This document shows, piece by piece, positions 29,432-38,900 of a stretch of 64,000 bases of DNA (the first letter of the stretch is position 1; each line of letters begins with the position of its first letter). The notes under the pieces were generated by a model, which did no database searches, was not told the DNA's origin, and saw only the letters and a program-made list of their open reading frames with translations. Origin of the DNA: a virus (taxonomy: Duplodnaviria > Heunggongvirae > Uroviricota > Caudoviricetes); the IMG/VR virus record IMGVR_UViG_3300045020_000158, positions 1 to 64,000 of that record, one strand, 5' to 3'. Position numbers and translations under genes: made by a program.

Positions 29432-30359
29432 GCGAAGTTGTGGACGTTTCGCCGAAGCCACCTATCGCTCCGGTGTATTTGGGTGACGGCGTCTATGCAT
29501 CTTTCGACGGTTATCAGATTTGGCTACATCTGGGTGATCACACGATTCCCGGAATTATTGCCATAGAACCGAAAACTTTCGATTCGCTGCAATTGTATGC
29601 TCAGCGAGCATGGGAGAAAAATCGGGGGGGGCTGATAACTGGACGAAGTGTCCACAATGTGGCCGAGAGACGCTGCCAGAATATTACGAGATCGGCATCG
29701 TGAGAGATAAATTCGAAGTTCATTATGGAGCCGAATGCCGTTACGATCGCTCCAAAGGGTGTGGTTTCAAGTTTTCCTACAAGTATAGTGAAGCACTGCA
29801 AATCAATGTGCCGTTCGCGGATCAGGCACCATGATGGCGACTGATCTGGTGAACAGATTACGTAGCGAGCATTCGCACGGCCTTTCCGACGATGCAACCA
29901 ACGAGATTGAGTTGTTGCGAGGAATTCTCCCGGATGCTGCGCCACCGGGGATCGAGGACTGGTGCGATGAGTGCGGCGGCAAAGACGAGAAGTGTCCCGA
30001 GACCTGCTGGATACGCCGCGCACGAGTGGCACTTAAGGATGTCGCATGAGCATGCCCCACGCCTGCGTTTGCGGAATCTGTTATCGCGAGATGGTCCCGA
30101 TGTTCATAGAGCCGCCTCCCAGGCCGCCGCATTGGACCTGCAAAATACACGGCGATTTTGACGCCATGCGCGCTGTTGGCTGCCCTGAATGCACGCATCT
30201 CATGCGCAAGGCGCTGCTTCGTGCGTTCGACGAGCACGGCCATCGCTACAACTGTAGCGCCTCCAGAGGGCCGCACAGCGATTGTACCTGCGGTTGGCTG
30301 GAAGTGATGGAGTTGGTCAAGGTAATGCACTCAAATCATCGCGCACGAAATTCTGCACC

Positions 30360-30863
30360 ATGACGCGCCTCTTCGAACTCGCCCAGGAATACCGCGTCCT
30401 ATCTGAGCTGGAATCTTCCGACGACCTTCCACCAGAAGTCATTGCCGATACTCTAGAAGGATTGACTGGCGAGTTTGAAGATAAACTCGTGGCGATTGCA
30501 AAGTTTGTCCTGTCGCTGGAGTCCAGCGCGGAGGCCATCAAGGCCGTCGCCGAAGCACAGGCATTGCGCGGAGCTCGCCTGCAGAAGCGAGCGGAATCGA
30601 TCCGGCAGTATATGCTCCTGCAATGCCAGTTCGCAGGCTTCAATAAAAAGATCGAGACGCCTGAAATCGTGATCCGGCGTCAGAACAATCCGAAGGCCAT
30701 CAGTGTGTTTGATGAGAAACTGGTGCCGGATGAATACTGGCACCAGCCACCGGCACCGCCGAAGCAACTGGATAAGAAAGCCATCAAGGATGCGATCGAA
30801 GCGGGGACTGCGGTGGAGGGATGCTATTTGAGCCAGGGGGAGCGCATCGATATCAAGGTCTAG
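30360..30863 (+). CDS. Siphovirus Gp157 family protein
   Basis: MTRLFELAQEYRVL...DTLEGLTGEFEDKLVAIAKFV...PDEYWHQ...KKAIKDAIEAGTAVEGCYL matches the Sipho_Gp157 pattern. ATGA overlap with the upstream stop. Confidence 0.65.
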   Translation: MTRLFELAQEYRVLSELESSDDLPPEVIADTLEGLTGEFEDKLVAIAKFVLSLESSAEAIKAVAEAQALRGARLQKRAESIRQYMLLQCQFAGFNKKIETPEIVIRRQNNPKAISVFDEKLVPDEYWHQPPAPPKQLDKKAIKDAIEAGTAVEGCYLSQGERIDIKV

Positions 30864-31294
30864 ATGAATCCGGGAATTCCGGCGGATCTGGAATTCCCAT
30901 CGCGCGTAATTTCTGTCGAGCTGCTTTTCCGGCCGCAGTGCATTCGCTTTCGCAAGCCACGCACCAACCTCTGTTTGATAGACTACGGACATAGTGAGTG
31001 CAACACTCGCAACGATAATACGGATGCTGATTGCCGTTTTTGAGCAGTGGATATTTCTCAATCATTGTGTGATCCACACCCGAATTGTGCCGTGCGTGGC
31101 GAGGGCATCGATCAATTCCTTGGCACCGTGACGAGTCTCGGCATTATCAGCCCCGGCGTAAACACCTTTCAAAAACGGAATGTCCTTTTCCGACAGCACG
31201 GCATCGCGGCCATATTCTTCCCAGATTGCCATTGCCAGGCGCGAGCCCAATGATTTGGGAGCGGGTTTGTAGATTTCCCAGAAGAGTGCAATGG

Positions 31295-32011
31295 TCATGA
31301 TTTACTTTTTGCTGATGCATGCAGGCGCTGGGCCTTGTACGCCAGTTCAGCGATATACTTGTGGGCCTCTTGAACCTGCTCGAGAGTTTCAAAGCCGAGT
31401 ACCAGGCGATATCCCCGCAAATACGGCTCGCTGACTGCGAAGCAATGATCCAATAGGGGATTTGAAGTTTCGTGCTCCACAGGGTGAGCACGCAAATACT
31501 CGATACAGTCCAGGGCTACTGCTGGCTTTTTGCGCGTCACCAGGAGTAAGGACTGTCCATCAATATCCTTGTCATATGGGCTCATCCATACCCAGCAGCG
31601 CTTGGGAAATTCCGGCTTATTTATGGTTTCGCGAGGCGCGACACTAATCCGCGCGTATGCTTCCTGAGGGGTCGCACTCGGAAAGCGATTCTGGCATTCG
31701 TTACATATACAACGTGGTCCTGGATGAACTGACGCTGCCGGCCAACGAGTAGCTGAATCCAAGTTATTTTTCAACGCATTCCGTTCCAGCCGTGCCGCTG
31801 TCAGATCGTTCCGCAGCTCCGCCACCTCCTGGTCGCGCTTTTGGAGGGCGGCGCGCAGAGAGGCGTTGGCAGTGTCGATTTTCTCGATGACCTTGGCTGA
31901 CTGAGCGACAAGAGATTGCAGAACCAGGTGGCTGCATGCCGATCCCATTGCGGCCGCGCCTTCGAGTTGAGCCAACAACGGATTATATTGGCCCATCAGT
32001 GTCTCGCTCAT
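31295..32011 (-). CDS. hypothetical protein
   Basis: 238-aa ORF within the minus-strand block downstream of the XRE repressor. Confidence 0.35.
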   Translation of the reverse strand: MSETLMGQYNPLLAQLEGAAAMGSACSHLVLQSLVAQSAKVIEKIDTANASLRAALQKRDQEVAELRNDLTAARLERNALKNNLDSATRWPAASVHPGPRCICNECQNRFPSATPQEAYARISVAPRETINKPEFPKRCWVWMSPYDKDIDGQSLLLVTRKKPAVALDCIEYLRAHPVEHETSNPLLDHCFAVSEPYLRGYRLVLGFETLEQVQEAHKYIAELAYKAQRLHASAKSKS

Positions 32012-32370
32012 ACCTTCGCTCCCAACTCCCGCAATCGCGCCTCGCTCATTTTGGAAGTTTCTCGTGGTAATTTAGCCCCCATCAATACCCGGAGTGCTTC
32101 GAAAAAGGCATCGGCATCCCCAAAACGACCGGCTACGCAAAGCTGGATATTCAATTCTCCGGCTTTCATCGGCTCTTCGTCGTCACCACCTATTCCTATG
32201 AACATGCCCGCATCGCTGGTTTCACCGAAGCGACGGATATGCTTGGCAAACTGCGTGATAGCAATATAACAATCGCCATAGGACATTTCGGAACGCAAGA
32301 TCGATTGAGTCATTTCAATGCTCCAAGTTCTTTCAGCCGTTCCCCGTTCACCTCGAGCAGTCAGCTTCAT
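32008..32370 (-). CDS. hypothetical protein
   Basis: 120 aa; 4-nt coupling with the downstream gene. Confidence 0.3.
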   Translation of the reverse strand: MKLTARGERGTAERTWSIEMTQSILRSEMSYGDCYIAITQFAKHIRRFGETSDAGMFIGIGGDDEEPMKAGELNIQLCVAGRFGDADAFFEALRVLMGAKLPRETSKMSEARLRELGAKV

Positions 32371-32662
32371 TTAACTTGGGAATTGGCCTCTTGCGTGGCG
32401 GTTTTTTGCCCGCCTCCCGGATCAGAACCTCCATGCTGAGCCCGGTCACTTCGCTCATCCTGCGTAGCAACCCGACACTGGGAACGCGCTTGCCCGCCAG
32501 AATCAACGAGGCATACGAATAATTGATATTTAGGGCCTTGGCGAGCTCCGCCTGGCCCCACCCGGCATCCAGCATGTAATGTCGTACGGATATCATGAGA
32601 TGACTATACGTCAAGTGTGATCCATCTTCAATAAATAATTCTTGACTGGAAGGCGATGCCAT
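32348..32662 (-). CDS. XRE-family HTH repressor-like protein
   Basis: GWGQAELAKALNINYSYASLILAGKR HTH; sits at a divergent junction with plus-strand genes. Confidence 0.65.
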   Translation of the reverse strand: MASPSSQELFIEDGSHLTYSHLMISVRHYMLDAGWGQAELAKALNINYSYASLILAGKRVPSVGLLRRMSEVTGLSMEVLIREAGKKPPRKRPIPKLNEADCSR

Positions 32663-32719
32663 GGTCAGATATCCCCCATCGGATCGACGCGTTTTTTCTT
32701 ACCCATTCAGGAGAATCCC

Positions 32720-32953
32720 ATGCTGGTGCAACTTGATCTGACTCCCGCAGAAATCGAGCGCATGCGTGCGGAGATCGATCAGATTCCGATCCGCTGGGCA
32801 CCGACCGTGATCGCGAAAATAGCGACGGCATTGCCGATGGTGGAAGAGAATTCGACATCGTCCCAAGCTTTCCGTAAATTCTCGACCGAGCTCGCCTGGA
32901 TCGTGGAAAACGGGCAGCTTGTTCCGATTGAGCCAGAAGAAACATTCATATGA
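32720..32953 (+). CDS. hypothetical protein
   Basis: Start MLVQLDLTPAE preceded by an aggaga RBS; divergent from the XRE gene. Confidence 0.35.
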   Translation: MLVQLDLTPAEIERMRAEIDQIPIRWAPTVIAKIATALPMVEENSTSSQAFRKFSTELAWIVENGQLVPIEPEETFI

Positions 32954-33101
32954 CGCGGCCTCACAATCTGAAACTCCGTATCAATCCGACCGGCTTCGCC
33001 GACCGTAGAACGCTGGAACAGTTGAGGCATTCGGATTCAATCGTGGAGAAGCGATGGCGCTGGCGGGTTGTGGAGAATGAAAAGCGACGGGCGGCCAAAT
33101 T

Positions 33102-33341
33102 GTGACCGATCGAAAATTGTCTGTCGGCATGGTTCACGAAATTCGCACGCGTCGGTTCACGGATTCTTATTGGGCACGGTGCCTTAAAGTAACCAATGGA
33201 ACAGTGCGGCGCGCGCGGACGGGCGAAACCTATGCGGATCATCCGACGTCTGCGGATAGGGCTCCGCGCGATGGCACCGGCCGCGGCAACAACCGCATCG
33301 CCAAGGCCGCCCGCGTGCGCAGGAGTTATTTCCGTGAGTAA
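33102..33341 (+). CDS. small HTH-like protein
   Basis: 79 aa; basic, with a possible HTH (CLKVTNGTVRRART). Confidence 0.3.
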   Translation: MTDRKLSVGMVHEIRTRRFTDSYWARCLKVTNGTVRRARTGETYADHPTSADRAPRDGTGRGNNRIAKAARVRRSYFRE

Positions 33342-33472
33342 CAAGTTGGCCGCGCAGATCTACGGCGTACTGCGCAGGGCGGCCGAACGGTATGACGCCG
33401 AGAAACTTGATGCGTGCGCGGCTTACGCGCGCGAGTTAGCACACAAACTTTTCACTGACGGGGAATCATTCA

Positions 33473-33886
33473 ATGAGCAGATTTATCAAAATCTCGTCCA
33501 CCGGCGAGCGCCTTCCAGGCGACGCGTTAGATTGGGTCGCGGTATTGGACGAAAAGCAAGGCTTGATGTGGGCCAAGAATCACATTGCGGTCGACAACTA
33601 CAAAGAGGCGACTTCGGCTCTTGACGGGTTTGAGCTGGCGGCCGCGAAGGACTGGCGACTGCCTACAGTCGAGGAGTTATTTCTTCTCGTCGATCGGACT
33701 CGGACCGGCCCTGCAATCGACGTTGCGTATTTCCCGGACTGTGCATCGGACTGGTACTGGAGCAGCACGCTTTATTCCGCGTCCCCTGGCGATTACGCCT
33801 GGGGCGTCGACTTCAACGTCGGCTACGCCGGCTGGGGCAGCCAGTACGGCAGCGGGTTCGTCCGCGCGTGCCGCGCCGGTCAGTAA
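33473..33886 (+). CDS. DGR target protein 1 (DUF1566 / Lcl C-terminal domain) carrying VR1
   Basis: DWRLPTVEELFLL...YWSST...GFVRACRAGQ fits DUF1566. The C-terminal 34 codons are the variable repeat. Confidence 0.8.
   Translation: MSRFIKISSTGERLPGDALDWVAVLDEKQGLMWAKNHIAVDNYKEATSALDGFELAAAKDWRLPTVEELFLLVDRTRTGPAIDVAYFPDCASDWYWSSTLYSASPGDYAWGVDFNVGYAGWGSQYGSGFVRACRAGQ
33779..33880 (+). repeat. DGR variable repeat VR1
   Basis: 102 nt aligned to the TR. About 14 mismatches, all at TR adenines (AAC codons to GGC/GAC/GTC/TAC/AGC). Identical GC-rich 3' end gggttcgtccgcgcgtgccgcgccggt. Confidence 0.8.
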
Positions 33887-33918
33887 TTCGGTCATTGGTC
33901 TTTTCATCAGGAACCAAC

Positions 33919-34461
33919 ATGGAATCAATCAGTAACGAATTGCGCAGCGTAATTGAGCGACGCCTCCGCGCAGCATCGCCGCGCGAGGTGCTCACGATAG
34001 CCAGTGCCCTTTGCGCTGACGAGCCCGTGCGCGGCACGGCTTGCGTTTTCGGTGAAGCGTCGAAGCCCGCGCGATTCGAGCTACGTGGCGATCTCGTCAT
34101 AGACCACCGCACGGGATTGATGTGGACGCGCGAGAACGTCCCCGGTGGGCGAATGGATTGGGCAGCGGCAAAGAAAGCGGCCGCGGGGGTTGCTTATGGT
34201 GGTCATACGGACTGGCGTCTGCCGACGGTTCGTGAACTCCTGACCATCGTCGACTACGAGCGTCATCAGCCATCGATCAATACTGATGTCTTCAAATGCG
34301 AAGCATCCTGGTATTGGACCTCAACCCCACTCGTCTCGTCCCCTGGCGATTGCGCCTGGTGCGTCGGCTTCAGCAACGGCGACGCCTACTGGGACGGCCA
34401 GTACAGCAGCGGGTTCGTCCGCGCGTGCCGCGCCGGTCAGTCTGTTGAGAATTGGTTCTGA
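33919..34461 (+). CDS. DGR target protein 2 (DUF1566) carrying VR2
   Basis: Start MESISNEL. DWRLPTVRELLTIVD...WYWTST...GFVRACRAGQ. VR2 lies 7 codons before the stop. Confidence 0.75.
   Translation: MESISNELRSVIERRLRAASPREVLTIASALCADEPVRGTACVFGEASKPARFELRGDLVIDHRTGLMWTRENVPGGRMDWAAAKKAAAGVAYGGHTDWRLPTVRELLTIVDYERHQPSINTDVFKCEASWYWTSTPLVSSPGDCAWCVGFSNGDAYWDGQYSSGFVRACRAGQSVENWF
34337..34437 (+). repeat. DGR variable repeat VR2
   Basis: Aligned to the TR with about 13 substitutions, all at TR adenines. Same conserved 3' end as VR1. Confidence 0.8.
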
Positions 34462-34471
34462 GGTCTGACCC

Positions 34472-34900
34472 ATGCGCGGACTCCCAACGATAGTAAAGCA
34501 GGCCGAGCGACTGATGGCGGATATCGAGATCGCCGTCTCTCGCTTCCCGCGCCGGCATCGCTATACAGTTGGGGCTCGCCTGAGCAGTTTCTCGATGGAG
34601 GTCGCCTATTCAGCCCATCAGGCGTGGCGCATACAGGTTTCCCAGACGTTACAAGCATTGGACGAGTCCATCGATCGCCTGAAGCTGCAACTGCAATTGG
34701 CGCAGCAGATTCACGCCTTCGCCAGTTTTGAGCAGTTCGAATTCTTGGCTCGGGCTGCAAATGATCTCGGCAGGCAGTGTGGAGGATGGCAGAAGAAACG
34801 GAATTCCAAGCGGCAGAATGAGCAGGAAGCACAGGCCCCTCCAGCACAGCGTCCGCAGATACTGAGTTCCCATGGCGCCTCAAGCGAGGCAAACACATGA
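34472..34900 (+). CDS. avd: DGR accessory variability determinant (Avd-like four-helix-bundle protein)
   Basis: 142-aa helical basic protein (MRGLPTIVKQAERLMADIEIAVSRFPRRHRYTVGARL...) placed between the targets and the TR/RT. ATGA-coupled to the RT ORF. Confidence 0.7.
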   Translation: MRGLPTIVKQAERLMADIEIAVSRFPRRHRYTVGARLSSFSMEVAYSAHQAWRIQVSQTLQALDESIDRLKLQLQLAQQIHAFASFEQFEFLARAANDLGRQCGGWQKKRNSKRQNEQEAQAPPAQRPQILSSHGASSEANT

Positions 34901-36198
34901 CGAAGCTGTGCTACCCCGTAGGATGTGCGGCTGGGTCCGAAGTACATGGGATAGGAGCGTCCCCTGGCGATTACGCCTGGAACGTCAACTTCAACAACGG
35001 CAACGCCAACTGGAACAACCAGAACAACAGCGGGTTCGTCCGCGCGTGCCGCGCCGGTGAGTGTCAGGATTCCGTACCTCTTCGCACCCTCTATGCTGCC
35101 TGGCGGGCAGCGCGCCGAGGCAAGAAGCCGAGCGCAAATCAGCTCGACTTTGATTCCCAGTGGATCGACGGACTGCTCGATCTACAGAAACGCCTAAATG
35201 CTGGTACGTGGTCGCCCGCTCCTGCGACTTGCTTTATCGCGAAACAGCCAAAGGCCCGCGAGATCCACGCGCCAGATTTCTTTGATCGCATCGTGCATCA
35301 CTGGCTCGTCCCGCAGCTTGAAACGATCTATGAACCGATTTTCATTCATGATGCGTATTCCAACCGGCGTGGGAAAGGCACCCACGCGGCGGTAGACCGG
35401 TTGCGAGATTTCGTGCATCAGGTCCACAACGGCCAAGGCGGCGGCTGGTATTTACAGCTCGATATTCGGAACTTCTTCAACTCGATACACCGGCCAACTC
35501 TCTATGAACTGTTGAAGGAGCGCATGAGTCGACACGGGGTTCCGCTGCCCGCGCGACGTGCCGTCCATGCGCTCCTTCGGCGCTCGACCGCTAACGGCGA
35601 AGTTATTTATCGCTGCAGTCCTGAAGAGCGCACGGCAGTACCCGCCTACAAGCGCCTGGAAAATGCAGTGCCCGGGTGTGGGATCGCGATCGGCAACCTG
35701 TCGAGCCAGTTCTTCGCCAACGTCTACATGAATGAGTTGGATCAGTTTGTGAAGCACGGACTCAAGGCACAGCGCTATATCCGCTATGTCGATGACTTCG
35801 TGCTGGTGCATGAGAGCCGCGCACAACTCATGGCGTGGAGGGAGCAGATCACATGCTTTCTGCGAGACCGGCTGCAGTTGGCATTGAAGCCGGATCAGCG
35901 TCTCGAGCAACTCACAAGCGGCATCGATTTCCTTGGCTACATTATCTTCCCCAGACATACGCTCGTCCGTCGCCGTGTCGTAATCCATGCCGGCGAGAAG
36001 CTCGACTCCTGGAAGCGATGCCATGTCCGCCACGGTCGTGTCAGTGCAAATCCATATGAGATTCAGCAGTTGCGTTCAATCTGCGCAAGCTATGCCGGGC
36101 ATTTCTCCCACGCCAACTCTTGGCGACTGCGCGCGAAATTTCGGCGCCGCTATCCGTGGCTAAAACAGGCCCTGCGCCTGCATGATCATTGCAAATAG
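34897..36198 (+). CDS. DGR reverse transcriptase (start uncertain; ORF includes TR)
   Basis: RT motifs: LYAAWRAARRGKK N-terminus, AIGNLSSQFFANVYMNELD (DGR-type SQ motif), YIRYVDDFVLV (YxDD). No in-frame ATG/GTG/TTG between the TR and the RT core. Confidence 0.85.
   Translation: MTKLCYPVGCAAGSEVHGIGASPGDYAWNVNFNNGNANWNNQNNSGFVRACRAGECQDSVPLRTLYAAWRAARRGKKPSANQLDFDSQWIDGLLDLQKRLNAGTWSPAPATCFIAKQPKAREIHAPDFFDRIVHHWLVPQLETIYEPIFIHDAYSNRRGKGTHAAVDRLRDFVHQVHNGQGGGWYLQLDIRNFFNSIHRPTLYELLKERMSRHGVPLPARRAVHALLRRSTANGEVIYRCSPEERTAVPAYKRLENAVPGCGIAIGNLSSQFFANVYMNELDQFVKHGLKAQRYIRYVDDFVLVHESRAQLMAWREQITCFLRDRLQLALKPDQRLEQLTSGIDFLGYIIFPRHTLVRRRVVIHAGEKLDSWKRCHVRHGRVSANPYEIQQLRSICASYAGHFSHANSWRLRAKFRRRYPWLKQALRLHDHCK
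34957..35058 (+). repeat. DGR template repeat (TR)
   Basis: AAC-rich segment (aacgtcaacttcaacaacggcaacgccaactggaacaaccagaacaacagc) homologous to VR1 and VR2. Lies inside the 5' end of the RT reading frame. Confidence 0.85.
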
Positions 36199-36526
36199 GA
36201 AAAACCCCATGATTGAAGCGCATTTGAAACTGCTGGGCACGGTGATGAAAGACCGGGTTACAGGCATCAAAGGTATGGTCGATTCGATTTCATTCGATGC
36301 TTACGGCTGCGTGCAGGCGTCACTGCGCCCGCCGGCTAACAAAGATGGCACGTTGGTGCAAGGGCATTGGTTCGATGTGAAGCGGCTGGAGGTGGCTGGC
36401 AAAAGAATCATGTCGGTACCGGCATTCGTCGAGCCAGGTAAAGAGATTGGCGCCGCTGACAAGCCGTGTCGGAGTGTGTGAGGCGATGTTGGCCGAACGT
36501 AACCACTTGAATAACAAAGGTACCTT

Positions 36527-37354
36527 GTGATGGAAAGTTCACCTGTCAATCGTCCTCTCTGCATCTATCACGGCGGTTGTGATGATGGTTTTGGCGCCGC
36601 ATGGGTCGTGCATAGAGCCCTCCGGGGCACAGTGGACTTCCACTATGGGATCTACCAGGCCGATCCACCGGACTGTACCGGCCGGGAGGTACTGGTGGTG
36701 GACTTCAGCTACAAACGGCCGGTGATGCAGCGTATGGCGGCACAGGCGAAGACGCTGACCATCCTTGACCACCACAAGTCGGCGCAGGAAGACCTGCAGG
36801 ACTTCATCGGTGGGCTTAGCGGAGCGCTAGGCGAATTCGACATGACCCGCAGCGGTGCCGCAATGACATGGGATTGGTTCCACCCAGGAATGCCGCGACC
36901 ATGGCTGGTCGAATATATCCAAGATCGCGACTTGTGGCGCAAGCAACTACCTGGGTCAGACGAAGTGATCATGGCGCTGCATTCCTATCCCCAAGACTTC
37001 GACGTGTGGACGAAGATCTGCGAAGCGGGACCAGATGCCCTCTGCACCGAAGGGAGGGCCATTCACCGGTACTATCGCACGATAGTTGATTCACTGAAGG
37101 CCAATGTCGTGCGAGCGGATATCGGGGGAATCAACGTGCCCGTCGTCAATTCACCCTTTCACTTCGCATCGGAGCTTGCTGGCGAGCTCGCAGAGGGTGA
37201 GCCGTTCGCGGCCTGCTATTGGAATCACGCGCACGGCACAACCTACAGCCTGCGCTCACGCGATGGTGGAATGGACGTATCCCAAGTGGCCGCTCAGTAC
37301 GGCGGTGGCGGCCATCGAGGCGCGGCGGGATTCAAGACAGAGAAGCCGCTATGA
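36527..37354 (+). CDS. DHH-DHHA1 family phosphoesterase (NrnA-like)
   Basis: N-terminal CIYHGGCDDGFGAAW (DHH region, DDG). C-terminal YGGGGHRGAAGF (DHHA1 GGGH motif). Confidence 0.65.
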   Translation: MMESSPVNRPLCIYHGGCDDGFGAAWVVHRALRGTVDFHYGIYQADPPDCTGREVLVVDFSYKRPVMQRMAAQAKTLTILDHHKSAQEDLQDFIGGLSGALGEFDMTRSGAAMTWDWFHPGMPRPWLVEYIQDRDLWRKQLPGSDEVIMALHSYPQDFDVWTKICEAGPDALCTEGRAIHRYYRTIVDSLKANVVRADIGGINVPVVNSPFHFASELAGELAEGEPFAACYWNHAHGTTYSLRSRDGGMDVSQVAAQYGGGGHRGAAGFKTEKPL

Positions 37355-37839
37355 CAGGTAACCAAACGCAAACCGAAGCGCCGACCACTGAGAAGCGCCT
37401 CAATTGCGCTCTGCGCCCGGATGCGCAGCGGTTCGACGAGGTACGCATCGTCACCGTGCCGCGGTACAAGCAGAGCGGTCTTTCGGGCGACGAGTGGCGC
37501 ATCTCTGGAGCGATCCAGCTCTATCGCAAAGGGAAGCTCATACACGAACGCCACGTCCGCAACGTTGAGATGGGCTGCGTCTTTGCCGCTGGGACCCTCT
37601 ACGAAGCCCAGGACGACGGCAAAGGATATTTCGCGGGTGATGGCGTCCATTGCGACCAAGAAGGCTGCGCGGATGCTGCCACGGTCCGCTATCGCAAGAA
37701 AGCCGACTACTGCCGTGAAGCCCACAAGACGGAGCCGTTCGAACCGAGCTACCGCCATTTCTGCGACCGCCATAAAACGCGCGGCGACTGCGGGTTCGAT
37801 GACTCGGACGCGAACTATGTCGAGGAGCCGCTGAAATGA
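37351..37839 (+). CDS. hypothetical Cys/His-containing protein
   Basis: Start MTGNQTQTE with ATGA coupling to the DHH gene; HCDQEGC...HFCDRHKTRGDCG. Confidence 0.35.
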   Translation: MTGNQTQTEAPTTEKRLNCALRPDAQRFDEVRIVTVPRYKQSGLSGDEWRISGAIQLYRKGKLIHERHVRNVEMGCVFAAGTLYEAQDDGKGYFAGDGVHCDQEGCADAATVRYRKKADYCREAHKTEPFEPSYRHFCDRHKTRGDCGFDDSDANYVEEPLK

Positions 37840-38271
37840 AAGAAGACGAAGTCACGGCCTTTCGCTGTCCGCCTGAGCAAGCCAAGGAGACTTGCGAGCC
37901 GTTCGAGGACCCGCGCTCCCATGACTTTCAAGGATGGGTCGAGTTTGACGAGGGGCGCGGGGGCACAACTGTATGTACTCGCTGCGGTATCAGCGCCCTC
38001 TCCCATTCAATGAGGTACGCGCCGTGAGCGATGTTAACCGGACCGAAGAAACGCTTCTCAAGCCTGGCGAGCCCAACCACTGCCGGTTTTGCGGATCGCC
38101 TTACTCGGAGATTGACCGGATGGCGGCAAAGATCGAGCGGCTACACGGCGCACTGGAGATAGAGCGGCAACGATACATGTCACTCGCCGATCGGCAAGCC
38201 AAGAGAGGTAAGGACGAGGCAGCCCAGGAGCTCTGGGACAAGGCCGAGGCTATCGCGAAGGTGCTGAAGTC

Positions 38272-38589
38272 ATGACATCGGAACAACACTTCAACGGCCT
38301 GACACCGAAGGAAGCCGAGCTGCTTGCGCTGCTATCCGAGGAATGCGGCGAGCTGATCCAGGCGGTAGGCAAGATCCTGCGGCATGGCTTTGAGTCCGTG
38401 CACCCGGAGGGTCGCGACGAGGGGCGAACCAACCGTGAAAATCTCGTGCGCGAGATGGGTGACGTATCAGCAGCGATCGAATTGCTCATCGGACAGGACA
38501 AGGTGAACGGCGGCAGCGTACATCGCGCGATGGTGAGCAAACTGGATCGGGTGGGCAAATGGCTTCACCACGTTGGGGATGCGTCATGA
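38272..38589 (+). CDS. MazG-like nucleotide pyrophosphohydrolase
   Basis: LTPKEAELLALLSEECGELIQAVGKILRHG...NLVREMGDVSAAIELL: EExxE-type MazG helices. Confidence 0.6.
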   Translation: MTSEQHFNGLTPKEAELLALLSEECGELIQAVGKILRHGFESVHPEGRDEGRTNRENLVREMGDVSAAIELLIGQDKVNGGSVHRAMVSKLDRVGKWLHHVGDAS

Positions 38590-38900
38590 CCAAGGACCAG
38601 ATCGTATCAGTCGATAGCCGTGGCGCTCACGACGTGTTGATGGAACGCAAGCGTCAGATTGTGGCGGAAGGCTGGACGCCAGCGCACGACGACCAGCACA
38701 GCACCGGCGAGATTGCCCTCGCGGCAGCCTGCTACGCACTCCATCGAGCACCAGTGCTTTTTACAGCCACCGACTATTGGCCGTGGGACCCGTCATGGTG
38801 GAAGCCTAGGAGCCGCCGTCGCGATCTTGTGCGAGCTGCTGCACTGCTGATCGCTGAGATAGATCGGCTTGACCGTGCCGAGGAGAAATCGACGCCATGA
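38586..38900 (+). CDS. hypothetical protein
   Basis: Start MTKDQIV overlaps the MazG stop (ATGA). Confidence 0.3.
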   Translation: MTKDQIVSVDSRGAHDVLMERKRQIVAEGWTPAHDDQHSTGEIALAAACYALHRAPVLFTATDYWPWDPSWWKPRSRRRDLVRAAALLIAEIDRLDRAEEKSTP

